Positions 31,343 through 41,455 of a stretch of DNA of 64,000 nt are shown here, piece after piece. How positions within the stretch are numbered: the stretch's first letter is position 1; each line of letters starts with the position of its first letter. The notes under the pieces are model-generated. The model did not search any database and was not told the origin of the DNA. It was given only the letters and a program-made list of their open reading frames with translations. A program made the translations under genes and the position numbers. This DNA comes from Bdellovibrionota bacterium (GTDB taxonomy: Bacteria; Bdellovibrionota_C; UBA2361; JAAYZI01): NCBI GenBank assembly GCA_050950765.1, contig JBMNIF010000003.1, positions 256,001 to 320,000 on the forward strand, given 5' to 3'.

Positions 31343-32056
31343 TTAATCACGCCAAATTGTCTCAGAATCGGAAAGATCGATCCACTTTGCTGCAGCTCTA
31401 AGAAGGTCACTATTAAACTGCCCAAAATCAGCGATAATAGTATCAACTCCAAACTCTTTTACAAGAGAAACAGGATATGAAAGATCACGACTCGGGCAAA
31501 CTATGGTGACAATTCTTTTCTCTTTAATACCAGAACCTTTTTCTTTAATATCAGAGCTCTGTTTAGGTGTCTGAGGCTCCGACGTTACTTTTGCAGAAGG
31601 AGAATTTACCATCCTGATACGTTCAAAACTGGTCACTCCTACCTGCGGTGTAAAACTACCTTCTCCAGCTTTGTAAACGCTGTTATCACTAAAGCTCTGC
31701 CATCCCATAGCAAAAGCTACAATATCGGCAGCCATCTCAACATCTACCGAAACTTGCCTAGTAACACCCTTAGGCGGTAAGCGCTTCACAACGACATCCA
31801 ACCCCACATTATAAATAGCATCAAGGAATGCCCGCTGACGTGAATCATCTTCATAAGGGATTAACGTATAATAACGAGCTACAACAGGTAGAGACCCAGA
31901 AGTCACCCCCTTAACAAGTTTTCCAATCTCTACTTTTTTATTTATACGCCTTGTAGCACGATCCAACCCAGTACCATCGATAAACAGCCCCACGACCCTA
32001 CGCTCATTTCTCTTTACAACGCCTTTCCCAAGTTCTAAGAATTCCACTTCTACCAT
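31343..32056 (-). CDS. NYN/LabA-DUF88 (PIN-like) domain protein with degenerate active site
   Basis: VGLFIDGTG, RYY, VDVEMAAD, L...AAKWIDL; the usual SGDxDF is replaced by CPSRDL. Confidence 0.7.
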   Translation of the reverse strand: MVEVEFLELGKGVVKRNERRVVGLFIDGTGLDRATRRINKKVEIGKLVKGVTSGSLPVVARYYTLIPYEDDSRQRAFLDAIYNVGLDVVVKRLPPKGVTRQVSVDVEMAADIVAFAMGWQSFSDNSVYKAGEGSFTPQVGVTSFERIRMVNSPSAKVTSEPQTPKQSSDIKEKGSGIKEKRIVTIVCPSRDLSYPVSLVKEFGVDTIIADFGQFNSDLLRAAAKWIDLSDSETIWRD

Positions 32057-32385
32057 CCTATTTTTCAATTAATATTTTTTCTCCGTCTACAAGACTACCC
32101 CCTATACTACCCCCAGATAATAAGTATAGTCAAAATCATTGTTTTATTTTTCACAATTTTTTAATGGCACCTAATTTTGAGGAGATCTGCCCTCCATTTT
32201 TAAATCCTTGTTCTAAAAAACCGATTTCACCTATAAAAAAGACATTCCTAGAAAAAACTTTGTGTATTTCCATTATTTTTCATTAAAAACACTAAAGAAA
32301 TTTTGTAGAAGACGCCGATTACCTCCCTGACGGTGAAGCACAAGAAGTTTTTTGCTGAAGTTCAGAACAAGGAAGGGAGGAGAAT

Positions 32386-33951
32386 ATGCCTTTACAAGTG
32401 ACAATCATCTCTATCGATATAGATGACATGATATCCAGTCCGGCTATTAAGATTTTTGATCAAGAAATTATTAATTTCGGAAGAAATCCTGCCTGTAATA
32501 ATGTGGTTTTAGATCGTCCTGAAATTTCCGGTAAGCATATGCGAATCCGTGTCGAAAAAGACGAAGATAATACACAGAAAATTTTTGTAAGCGATCTTGG
32601 AAGTTTAAATAAAACGACCATAGAGGGAGAGGAGTTAGAGCCTAATGTAGAATACGAACTACGTCCAGGGCAACGTATCAGTTTAGGATCATATATTGTT
32701 AAACCGGTTCTGATCGAAGATAACAACACCCTCTCCTCTATTAGTAGCCCTTTCGACCAAAACGGCTCTCTTACCACACAGGGTAGCGAATATAAATCTA
32801 TTGATACCAGACACCCTGAAGATGAAGGCTTTCAAAGTCTCAGCACTTTTGATGTCGAAAGTGTTTCTCAAGAAGGATCTCTAGTTCAAGCTGAAGTGAC
32901 CTCTCACCATGAAAGTGTTGATTTTTTAAGTAGCTCCTGCGATGAGTGTTCAGACAAAAATCCGTTTTTATCTTACGACGAACTATCATGTGAACCTCAA
33001 GCAGATAGCGCCATACAGGATTCCATAATACCAGAACCAACAGATTATATCCCTGACTTTGAACCTGAAGGAGAGATAACGGATCTTAATAACTTTACAC
33101 AGTTAAAAGACGACGACGAAGATGAAGAAATAGTTGCACCTGAAGAAGATAGTGAAGAAGTTATCCGTACGCCTCGCATATTTTCTAACATAGAAACAGA
33201 TGACGATGAGATAAGTGCTACTGAAGAAGTTGAATCAGTTGTCACTGAAAGTACTATTAACGAACTAAACTTTGATGCTATCCAAGTTTTTAAAATCAGC
33301 GGCAAGGTTTTGCACAAAGGCAAACCTTTAGCAGGCGTTAAGATTGAGGCTGCCGAGCTAGGCGAATGTCAGACCAATGCCAAAGGAGTTTTTTCTTTTG
33401 ATGAGGTGGACGAAGATACAACATATAAAATCATCCCTTCAAAAGCACAATTTATCTTTAGTGGTGATAATTCCGAAGGAACTTTACAAGATAATGTTCA
33501 TATTGAATTTACTGCAACTCGACTTTTTAAGATCCACGGGAAAGTCGTTGATAAAAATGGTAACGGCATTGAAGATGTTAAGGTAAATGGAGGTGACTTA
33601 GGTGTTGTTAACACCAACTCTAACGGCTCCTTTGAATTCTCAAACATTCCAGATGGAACAACTTACGATATCTCCTTTGAAAAGGAGAACTATCTCTTTT
33701 TAGAAAAGAATTTGAGCGGCACTTTAGAAAAGGATAACGAAGTGACAGTTGCTGCCACAAAGATGTTAAAAATTGAAGGTATTATCAGACATAAAGGCAC
33801 TCCTTTAAGTGATGTTCAGGTAGATGGCGGTCCCTTAGGAAAAACAACAACAGATGAAAAAGGGTATTACTGTTTTGGAAATGTTCCTGAAGGCACGGAA
33901 TACTCCATCACTCTTTCAAAAGAAGGTTACAGGTTTGGAAAAAGTAAATAA
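32386..33951 (+). CDS. FHA-domain protein with acidic linker and three CarboxypepD_reg-like beta-sandwich repeats
   Basis: FGRNP...ISGKH...DLGSLN FHA motifs; three repeats of KI.G.V...G..L..V.V.G..LG...T...G.F.F..VP.GT.Y.I...K..Y.F. Confidence 0.85.
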   Translation: MPLQVTIISIDIDDMISSPAIKIFDQEIINFGRNPACNNVVLDRPEISGKHMRIRVEKDEDNTQKIFVSDLGSLNKTTIEGEELEPNVEYELRPGQRISLGSYIVKPVLIEDNNTLSSISSPFDQNGSLTTQGSEYKSIDTRHPEDEGFQSLSTFDVESVSQEGSLVQAEVTSHHESVDFLSSSCDECSDKNPFLSYDELSCEPQADSAIQDSIIPEPTDYIPDFEPEGEITDLNNFTQLKDDDEDEEIVAPEEDSEEVIRTPRIFSNIETDDDEISATEEVESVVTESTINELNFDAIQVFKISGKVLHKGKPLAGVKIEAAELGECQTNAKGVFSFDEVDEDTTYKIIPSKAQFIFSGDNSEGTLQDNVHIEFTATRLFKIHGKVVDKNGNGIEDVKVNGGDLGVVNTNSNGSFEFSNIPDGTTYDISFEKENYLFLEKNLSGTLEKDNEVTVAATKMLKIEGIIRHKGTPLSDVQVDGGPLGKTTTDEKGYYCFGNVPEGTEYSITLSKEGYRFGKSK

Positions 33952-34036
33952 CTGACAGCCGTAAACTTTTCTTTTATTACAAATAAGCAAAACTTTTCTG
34001 CAGAGACCTTAAAAGTGGTATAAAATTTTTATATCA

Positions 34037-34597
34037 TCAAGGGGTAGCTCGCATAGTATATATAGCTGGGAGCGAACGCCATAAATCTGCGCTATCCATT
34101 CCATACCCAACGAACCAATCACTACCTTGATAACGCATCGCCACATAATCCGGCTCTAACGGTGTTTCTGTATCAGACTCTCGTTTAATACAGACAGCAG
34201 TTTTTACTTCACGAGCTCCAACCTTCTTAAACTCCGTTATTAACTTCATTAAGGTTCGTCCTGTATCACAGATATCATCAATCAAGAGAATAGCTGCACC
34301 TTGCAACTCAACATCATCACAAATAGTTACAATAGAAACCCCTTGCTCTGAAAGATGACCATCACAATCATAAGCAGTTGTACGAATAGGAACTACCTTC
34401 ACCGGATAGGAAATTTCACGTAATAGATCGGCAGCAAAGAAAAGAGCTCCCCTCAGAATCGGCATCGCGATAACTTCCTGTTTTGATTCTTCACACACTG
34501 TACCGACCCAAGAAGAGATCTGAGATCCCAATTCTTTAACACATGCAGCGATCTTTTCAGAGTCACAAAATAGTTTAAAATCGGAAGGTACTCTCAT
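34037..34597 (-). CDS. hpt: Hypoxanthine-guanine phosphoribosyltransferase
   Basis: ILRGALFFAADL, LLIDDICDTGRTL, FVGYGMD. Confidence 0.9.
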   Translation of the reverse strand: MRVPSDFKLFCDSEKIAACVKELGSQISSWVGTVCEESKQEVIAMPILRGALFFAADLLREISYPVKVVPIRTTAYDCDGHLSEQGVSIVTICDDVELQGAAILLIDDICDTGRTLMKLITEFKKVGAREVKTAVCIKRESDTETPLEPDYVAMRYQGSDWFVGYGMDSADLWRSLPAIYTMRATP

Positions 34598-34660
34598 TTT
34601 TTTCTCTGCCACACATATCTTAAGACCTCTCAACCGCAAAAAAACGGCGAAGAGCGATCT

Positions 34661-35050
34661 TTATCTTTTAAAAACTAGCTCTATCTCCAGATCTGGAATT
34701 AACGCCTTTTTAACTGGGCACCCCTTTGCCGCCGCAGTTAACTTTTGCTGATCTAGATCCGAGACCGGATTAAGAAAAGTGACCGTTAAAACTATCTTTT
34801 GAATCTGATGAGTAGCTTCATTCATAATCCGTTCTACGAACATCTCCATTCCATCGATATCAATCTGATGATTTTTTGCAAACATCCCCATCATACTGGC
34901 AGTACAAGTTGCTAAAGAGGCGGCGAGTAAATCAGTAGGAGAGATCCCTTCTTGATCTTTCATAGCATCTGTAACAAAGGTAGCTCCTGAAGGCGTGTGT
35001 GTTGCTTGGCAACGTAGATCTCCAAGATATTTAACAGAAAAATTAGCCAT
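34661..35050 (-). CDS. OsmC-family protein
   Basis: YLGDLRC.ATH.PSG...TD, SPTDLLAASLATC, CPV. Confidence 0.9.
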   Translation of the reverse strand: MANFSVKYLGDLRCQATHTPSGATFVTDAMKDQEGISPTDLLAASLATCTASMMGMFAKNHQIDIDGMEMFVERIMNEATHQIQKIVLTVTFLNPVSDLDQQKLTAAAKGCPVKKALIPDLEIELVFKR

Positions 35051-35278
35051 AAAGTTTTCCTTTTATAATTTATGATTAAAACCGTTCTAAAAAGCTCTTC
35101 CAACTACAAAAAACAGCTCTTTTCCCCTAAATGTTATATGATATGCCGTAACTCTGAACAAGTTCTCTGCATACCTACAAAATTACCAAGATAAGATCTT
35201 ATCTTCAATATCCCTCCTTAACCATCTAAAGTGCTCAAGACCCTTTCTATTTTCAGCAAAACATATTAAGATGTTGGA

Positions 35279-36190
35279 ATGATAAAGTTTTATTTAAAAA
35301 TATTAATTATCCTTACGCTGCTGTGCCCGACCTTCGCTCTGACCTGCCCAAAGATTGGACCCTTTATCGATTACAACTGCGATGAGGTCATAAAGATAGC
35401 CTTTACAGGCGATAGCATCACATACGGTCGTGGTGATTATGTTAATGGGGATCAGGGGGGATTTGTCAGGCGACTTGCTAATCAATATCCGGAAGAGACG
35501 ATCTCTTTTAGAAATATAGGTGTTCCAGGTTGGAAGTCTGGCGAACTGTTACGTGGATTTAAGAAAAATCTTAACAAAGAAGAGTTCGGTATAACCAAGA
35601 GACGTTCACGCGATGCTGATGCAATCATTATAAAAGTCGGTGTTAACGACTGGTGGTGGCAAAAAGAACGCGGAGTAACACCAGCACGTGTTGTAACTAA
35701 TATAAGACGCTTGGTTAAATTCTTACGAAAAAGAGTTCCTGAAATCAGTCAAACTCCTGTGGAGCCTTTCATAGCGGTCTCCACCTTAATTCCGGCGAAA
35801 CGTGAATCTCAAAATGCTTTTGTTAAAGAGGTTAATCGTCTCCTCCTTAAATATAGAAGTCATAAACTACCTGTCTATATCAGGGCTGACACCTTTCCCA
35901 TTTCGTTAATAGATGAGTCAACGGTCCATCCAACTCCACGTGGCTATCAAAGACTGGCTAGAACTATGAGAAAATTCCTAAGAAGAGGTATGCCAGCAAT
36001 GATAAGAAAACTAAAGCTACGCCCAGATAAAGATAAAGATGGTGTTTACGACTACTTTGAAGAAAATAAGTTTTTTACAGATCCGAACCTTGCTGACACT
36101 GATGGCGATGGCTATTCAGATATGGAGGAGATCTTTATTATGCGCACAGATCCACTGGATCCATTTGATCCTCCCGTAGTAATAGAATAG
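35279..36190 (+). CDS. Secreted SGNH/GDSL hydrolase with C-terminal Ca-binding (TSP3-like) repeats
   Basis: GDSIT, NIGVPG, GVND, VHP; DKDKDGV.D..E, DTDGDGYSD.EE. Confidence 0.88.
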   Translation: MIKFYLKILIILTLLCPTFALTCPKIGPFIDYNCDEVIKIAFTGDSITYGRGDYVNGDQGGFVRRLANQYPEETISFRNIGVPGWKSGELLRGFKKNLNKEEFGITKRRSRDADAIIIKVGVNDWWWQKERGVTPARVVTNIRRLVKFLRKRVPEISQTPVEPFIAVSTLIPAKRESQNAFVKEVNRLLLKYRSHKLPVYIRADTFPISLIDESTVHPTPRGYQRLARTMRKFLRRGMPAMIRKLKLRPDKDKDGVYDYFEENKFFTDPNLADTDGDGYSDMEEIFIMRTDPLDPFDPPVVIE

Positions 36191-36216
36191 AAAAATATTG
36201 TAAAATACTTTAACAC

Positions 36217-36256
36217 AAAGCCTGAAAATGGATTACTTATCTTTTTCAGGCTTTTT
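36217..36256. terminator. Bidirectional terminator between convergent genes
   Basis: AAAGCCTGAAAA...TTTTCAGGCTTTTT. Confidence 0.7.
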
Positions 36257-36293
36257 ATGTACGCACAATAAATAACCGCCAAAAACAAGGCAT

Positions 36294-37010
36294 CTATTTA
36301 AAGAGTGATCTAATAAAATATAAGGCATGACGTGGCTTTAATTTAGAACGACCACCAGTACGAAAAGCAAACTGATACCATACCTCCTCTATCTTTAACG
36401 GGCGAGGTAAGATTTTTAATAGTTCAAAGAAAACTTTATACCCACAAGGTTCAAAAGAATTTAAATGCTCTTTAATAGTCTGCTGCACTAGCGTAGTTCT
36501 TCCGCAGAAAAAACCTGACATCGGATCTGAAATTACTATCCCCTTACTCCGTAAAACCATCTTTGCAATTTTTGTAGAAATTTTCGTCATAATAACACGG
36601 TGCAACCCTTGATTCTCTTTATATGGAATTCTAGCACCTGCTACGATATCAACTCCGCTAAGAATTTTCTGCGCCATTTGAGCAAGCACCTGCGGAGGAT
36701 GTTGTAGATCTCCATCCATTACTACAAAAAACTTCGTAGTAACCATCATTACTGCATCTAGCACACTCGCTGTAAGCCCGTGTACAACTCCCGTCTTATC
36801 ACGTTCAAGCAACTGCACATCTTCAGGATAAACAGCTGCGAACTCCTTAACACACCTCTGCGTACCATCAGTAGAAGCATCATCAGCAACTATAATTTTA
36901 ATGGCAGGATATAAATTTTTAAGAGCTGTCAGCAGCATTGAGATCACAGAAGCTTCATTTAAGGTTGGAATTACAACAGTAAATTCGGAATAATTGGGAG
37001 CTTCTGTCAT
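36294..37010 (-). CDS. GT2 polyprenol-phosphate mannose synthase-like glycosyltransferase
   Basis: VIPTLNE, DDASTDGT, MDGDLQHPP, SDPMSGFF, GYK, R..G.SKL. Confidence 0.9.
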   Translation of the reverse strand: MTEAPNYSEFTVVIPTLNEASVISMLLTALKNLYPAIKIIVADDASTDGTQRCVKEFAAVYPEDVQLLERDKTGVVHGLTASVLDAVMMVTTKFFVVMDGDLQHPPQVLAQMAQKILSGVDIVAGARIPYKENQGLHRVIMTKISTKIAKMVLRSKGIVISDPMSGFFCGRTTLVQQTIKEHLNSFEPCGYKVFFELLKILPRPLKIEEVWYQFAFRTGGRSKLKPRHALYFIRSLFK

Positions 37011-37034
37011 TAAACTATCCTAAAAAAATAAAAT

Positions 37035-37994
37035 TTATCTGTATTGAGCTAAATTTCTAAGAACTCTTTCAGCCACATTTTCTACCTTTGCAGTAAAAAC
37101 CTCTCCTGTAATCTTCTCAAATGATGAAACATAATGCTCTGCCAGCTCCACTCTGTAATCATCACTAAAAGCGGGCGGTGTGCCGTTCCCTTTATACCCT
37201 TGTGTTAATAGCCACTGCCTGACAGGCTCTTTATCGAGCATCTTTGGAGAAACACCATTTTCAAAACACTCTTGATAAGTATCTGACAACCAAAAACGTG
37301 AAGAATCAAGGGTATGAATTTCATCTGCAAGAATCAATTTACCATCAAGAATACCGAATTCATACTTAGTATCAGCCAAAATTAGCCCCTGTTTTGCAGC
37401 TTCAGACTGTCCGAAACTGAAGAGTGCTAAAGCAGTTTCACGCACCTCCTGCCACAATTTTTTATCAACCAAGCCACTGGAAACTATTTCACCTTCAGAG
37501 ATCGGCATATCATGATCACCTTGTGCTGCTTTTGTTGAAGGGGTAATGATATTTTCCGACAACTTCTGCCAACAACGAATCCCCGCTGGTAACTGCACTC
37601 CACTAACTGGATTACCTGCTTCATAATCTCTCCATGCACTACCACTCAAATAACCACGTACTATCACCTCCACAGGAAGTATTTCGACATTTTTAACAAC
37701 TATTACATTCGGATCTGGTACTGAAATAATATGGTTTTCAACGATATCTGCTGTTTTTTTAAACCAATAAAGAGCTAAAGCATTTAAAACTTCTCCTTTA
37801 AAGGGGAGTGTTGTAACAACCGCATCAAAGCAGCTAAGTCTATCCGTTGTAATTAAGATTCGCTCTTTCCCTCTAAGATAACAGTCTCGAACCTTTCCGC
37901 CGTAACGTTCTCCAAGAAAATCAATATCCGTAGTATCTAACACATTTTTAAGTTGTGCATAAAAGATATCTTTTGATAGTTGCTTTACTTCCAT
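37035..37994 (-). CDS. purC: SAICAR synthetase
   Basis: GKVRD, TDRLSCFD, EVIVRGYLSGS, TPSTK, DTKYEFG, DEIHTLDSSRFW. Confidence 0.97.
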   Translation of the reverse strand: MEVKQLSKDIFYAQLKNVLDTTDIDFLGERYGGKVRDCYLRGKERILITTDRLSCFDAVVTTLPFKGEVLNALALYWFKKTADIVENHIISVPDPNVIVVKNVEILPVEVIVRGYLSGSAWRDYEAGNPVSGVQLPAGIRCWQKLSENIITPSTKAAQGDHDMPISEGEIVSSGLVDKKLWQEVRETALALFSFGQSEAAKQGLILADTKYEFGILDGKLILADEIHTLDSSRFWLSDTYQECFENGVSPKMLDKEPVRQWLLTQGYKGNGTPPAFSDDYRVELAEHYVSSFEKITGEVFTAKVENVAERVLRNLAQYR

Positions 37995-38004
37995 TCTTTC
38001 TCCT

Positions 38005-39150
38005 TTAAATATTGGATCTTTCCTTTAACGTTTTACTTTTCTTTAAATTCCTTTTTTTCTTCTTAAAAAGCTTACCTTTCTTTTTTAATTCTTTCCTTTT
38101 AGATGTCGCAATAGCTAAATTTTTTCTTGCAACCTTAATAGCTGCTTTTTTTGCGGCGCACATTTTTTGCACTTTCCGTAAGTTGATCGCCGAACCCCAA
38201 GTCTTTTGCGCAAGTTGACGAAAGTTCTTGCTGCCTCGGGCGATCCCTTTAAGATGTAACGCTACGGCTAAGTTATTATAGAGCGCTATCGAGAGTTCAG
38301 GATCTGTTTTCTTATTAGAATACAACAAAGCACGACTATAAACAGAAATGGCACACTCTAAATAAGCTGCTTGAAAATTACCATCTTTAAACGCTTTTTG
38401 TAGATAACCGTTCCCTAATAAAAGTAACGGTAAAGCCTTATGTTCTCCCGATATCCACAAGGTATTTCTACTTGCAGCATAGTGCAACTCCTGCTCGGCA
38501 TAGCCAGAGAAGGAACCATCTGCATTAATCTCTTTTAATCCACTTAAAAAAGCAGCAAGAAACTTTGCTGTATCAATCCGTGGTTGATACGGGATCTTCT
38601 GACGTGAGACTCCTCCGATTAAAGTAAACCCAAGAATTTGATGGTGTGGTACTTCAACAAAAGAGAGGTTTATCCATTTCTGATCTCCCCAAATAATAGT
38701 TCTTTGAGAAGAGAGTGCTTCTTGATGATTTTTATAAACTCGATAGAAGCGCTTAGAGCTTACAACGCCTCGATACTTTAAGAGTTTATTCAACTCACTC
38801 CAAAACTCACGAGATTCATTTTCTATATCATCCCCAACTAAGGTTGCAACAAAAACAGCTTCACGATTAAAGGATAGATAAGGAATTAAAAAAACAGCTA
38901 CGGCAAAAAGAGCGCTAACTAATATTAATTTTAACGGAAAAAGTTTTCCTTTAATTCCGATATAAAACAACCAACACAGAAGAAAAGGGAAGATAGAGAT
39001 CTGTGCATATTGAATTTGAAATCCAAAAACAGTACGCAAAAGATAAAAGACCAAAAGAATAGGTAGAAAGGCGAGCACGGCCCACAACATCTTTTTCTTA
39101 CAACACGGAATTTCCGCCATAAAGCCCATCTTACAAAATATATCCATCAA
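38005..39150 (-). CDS. Hypothetical membrane protein (three N-terminal TMs, TPR-like helices, Lys-rich tail)
   Basis: Long ORF co-oriented and abutting purC; LGNGYL and YNNLAVAL TPR-like segments. Confidence 0.7.
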   Translation of the reverse strand: MMDIFCKMGFMAEIPCCKKKMLWAVLAFLPILLVFYLLRTVFGFQIQYAQISIFPFLLCWLFYIGIKGKLFPLKLILVSALFAVAVFLIPYLSFNREAVFVATLVGDDIENESREFWSELNKLLKYRGVVSSKRFYRVYKNHQEALSSQRTIIWGDQKWINLSFVEVPHHQILGFTLIGGVSRQKIPYQPRIDTAKFLAAFLSGLKEINADGSFSGYAEQELHYAASRNTLWISGEHKALPLLLLGNGYLQKAFKDGNFQAAYLECAISVYSRALLYSNKKTDPELSIALYNNLAVALHLKGIARGSKNFRQLAQKTWGSAINLRKVQKMCAAKKAAIKVARKNLAIATSKRKELKKKGKLFKKKKRNLKKSKTLKERSNI

Positions 39151-39266
39151 TCGCCGAAAGGTGGGGTCGATCTTAGTCTTATGAAAGAAAATATATCAAG
39201 TCCCCATAGTATTTTCCGTATCTTACGGCTCTTCCTAGCTTTATTTTCTTATGATATTCTCAAAAT

Positions 39267-39791
39267 ATGGACAAGTTAAAGATTTTGACATACCCGAACC
39301 CGTTACTTGCACAAAAAGCTGAGCAGGTTACACACTTTGATGATGAGCTAAAAGATCTAGTCAAAAAGATGTTTGAACTGATGTACACAGAGGAAGGTGT
39401 GGGCTTGGCAGCTTCTCAAGTCGGGATCCTTAAACGTTTCGCCGTAATTGATATCTCTCCTACTCGCACGGAACCACTTGTCCTGATCAATCCCGAAATT
39501 ACAGAGAGAAGCGGAAGCGTTACTTGTAATGAAGGGTGTTTAAGCATCCCTGATTATAGAGAGACGGTTAAGCGAGATAAAGAGATCACAGTTGTTGCCC
39601 AAGACCTTGAGGGTGCACAATTTGAACTTAAAGCAGATGATTTACTTTCTCGTTGCATTCAACACGAAATGGATCACATGGATGGAGTGCTTTTCGTAGA
39701 TCGAGTTAGTGCATTAAAAAAACAGATTTTTAGGAAGTGGCGTAAAAAGCACGTTTTTGTTGAAGCCGATGTAGAGGAGAGTGATGAGTGA
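39267..39791 (+). CDS. def: Peptide deformylase
   Basis: GVGLAASQ, EGCLS, QHEMDH. Confidence 0.98.
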   Translation: MDKLKILTYPNPLLAQKAEQVTHFDDELKDLVKKMFELMYTEEGVGLAASQVGILKRFAVIDISPTRTEPLVLINPEITERSGSVTCNEGCLSIPDYRETVKRDKEITVVAQDLEGAQFELKADDLLSRCIQHEMDHMDGVLFVDRVSALKKQIFRKWRKKHVFVEADVEESDE

Positions 39792-40770
39792 TTCTAAATT
39801 ACGCATCGCTTTTTTCGGTACTCCTGATTTTGCTGCAACGGCACTCTCTGCTCTGTGCGAAACAGAAAATACCACACCGATCTTAGTTGTTACGCAACCA
39901 GATCGCCCAGCAGGACGAGGTGGACACCTAAAAGGAAGTCCTGTTAAAGACGTTGCGCTATCTTACGATATACCACTTTTACAACCTGAAAGTATTAGAA
40001 AAGACCGAACATTCCTTGAAACTTTACACACCTTTGCCCCTATCGATATCGCAGTTATTGTAGCTTTCGGGCAGATTATCCCAGAGCCTATCCTCTCTCT
40101 TCCAAAAGCGGGCTTTGTTAATGTACACGCCTCACTACTACCACGTTGGCGTGGCGCTGCTCCGATACAACGCGCCATTCTCGCTTCAGATGAAGTGAGT
40201 GGCATCTCCTTAATGAAACTAGAAGCTGGACTTGATACAGGGCCGGTCTACTGCAAAGCTGAACTTCCCCTTGCGATTACAGATGACTTCGGTACTGTTC
40301 ATGACAAGTTGGCGCTACTGGGGGCTGATCTCTTGCGCAATAATCTTTATGACATTGCACGAGGTGATCTTTTAGCAATACCACAACCGATAGAGGGCAT
40401 CACTTATGCTAAAAAGATAGAAAATCATGAAGCTGAGATTGATTGGTCAAAAAGTGTACAAGATATTTATGCACAAATTAAAGCATTCTCTCCGTCTCCA
40501 GGGGCATTTTCATCATTTATGGGGAAACGCTTAAAAATCCTTAAAGCGCTACCGAAGCAGAACACTCTGCAAGCGGCACACTTTGCACCTGGTCAAATAT
40601 CTTTTTGTGACAAAAAAAATATTTTAGAGATAGAATGTTCAAACGGCTCATTGGCGCTACAAGAGATCCAGCTTGAAGGGAGAAAGCGAATGTCCGTTGC
40701 GGACTTCTTACGCGGAAATCGTGTTAGTGTCGGAACATTTTTAGGTACAAAAAAAACGGCTAACGATTAA
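39784..40770 (+). CDS. fmt: Methionyl-tRNA formyltransferase
   Basis: FFGTPDFA, TQPDRP.GRG, NVHASLLPRWRGAAPI, LDTGPV. Confidence 0.98.
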   Translation: MSDSKLRIAFFGTPDFAATALSALCETENTTPILVVTQPDRPAGRGGHLKGSPVKDVALSYDIPLLQPESIRKDRTFLETLHTFAPIDIAVIVAFGQIIPEPILSLPKAGFVNVHASLLPRWRGAAPIQRAILASDEVSGISLMKLEAGLDTGPVYCKAELPLAITDDFGTVHDKLALLGADLLRNNLYDIARGDLLAIPQPIEGITYAKKIENHEAEIDWSKSVQDIYAQIKAFSPSPGAFSSFMGKRLKILKALPKQNTLQAAHFAPGQISFCDKKNILEIECSNGSLALQEIQLEGRKRMSVADFLRGNRVSVGTFLGTKKTAND

Positions 40771-40787
40771 TTTTACGGAGTTGAGTT

Positions 40788-41446
40788 ATGGGCAGCATAG
40801 GGACAGAGGTTATTATCGCACCGTCGTTACTTTCGGCAGATCTCGGAAGTTTAACAACCGAGATTCAAGATATAGAAGCGGTCGGTGCCAAGTGGTTACA
40901 TCTTGATGTAATGGACGGTGCTTTTGTGCCACCTATTACTTTTGGAGATAACGTTGTAAAGTTGGCGAGATCTGTTTCAAAGCTTCACCTTGATGTTCAT
41001 TTAATGATTGAAAAACCGGAAAAACATCTTGATGCTTTTATCAAAGCAGGTAGCAACACCATCACCTTTCATCAAGAAGCAACGCCGCACGCTCATAGGT
41101 TATTACATCAGATTAAATCTGCCGGTGTTTTAGCAGGTATTTCAATCAATCCTGCCACCCCCGTTTCAATGGTCTTTGATGTGTTAGACGTTTGCGATCT
41201 AGTTTTAGTAATGAGTGTTAACCCAGGTTGGGGCGGACAGAAGTTATTCAAAACTCATTGCAAAGAATAGCAGCTTTAAAAGAAGAGATTACGCGCCGAA
41301 ACTTAAATACCCGCATTGAGGTAGATGGCGGAATAAATAGCGTAACAGCTAAGGAGGTTAAGGCTGCAGGCGCTACCATCTTAGTGGCAGGTAACGCCAT
41401 CTTTGGAGAAAAAGATAGAAGAAGCGCTTTTAACGCTCTTAAATAA
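40788..41446 (+). pseudogene. rpe: Ribulose-phosphate 3-epimerase with a 1-nt frameshift at about 41244 (probably a sequencing error)
   Basis: IAPSLLSAD, HLDVMDG, DVHLM, MSVNPGWGGQK in one frame; IEVDGGIN...LVAGNAIF in another; restoring one T in AAG-TT-ATT gives GGQKFIQ. Confidence 0.9.
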
Positions 41447-41455
41447 TGGAAAAAC

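Noticed and set aside
32070..32385. Replication origin near dnaB
   Set aside because: AT-rich, but no cluster of TTATCCACA DnaA boxes
41228..41270. Programmed ribosomal frameshift in rpe
   Set aside because: No slippery heptamer or stimulatory structure at the site; a single missing T explains it
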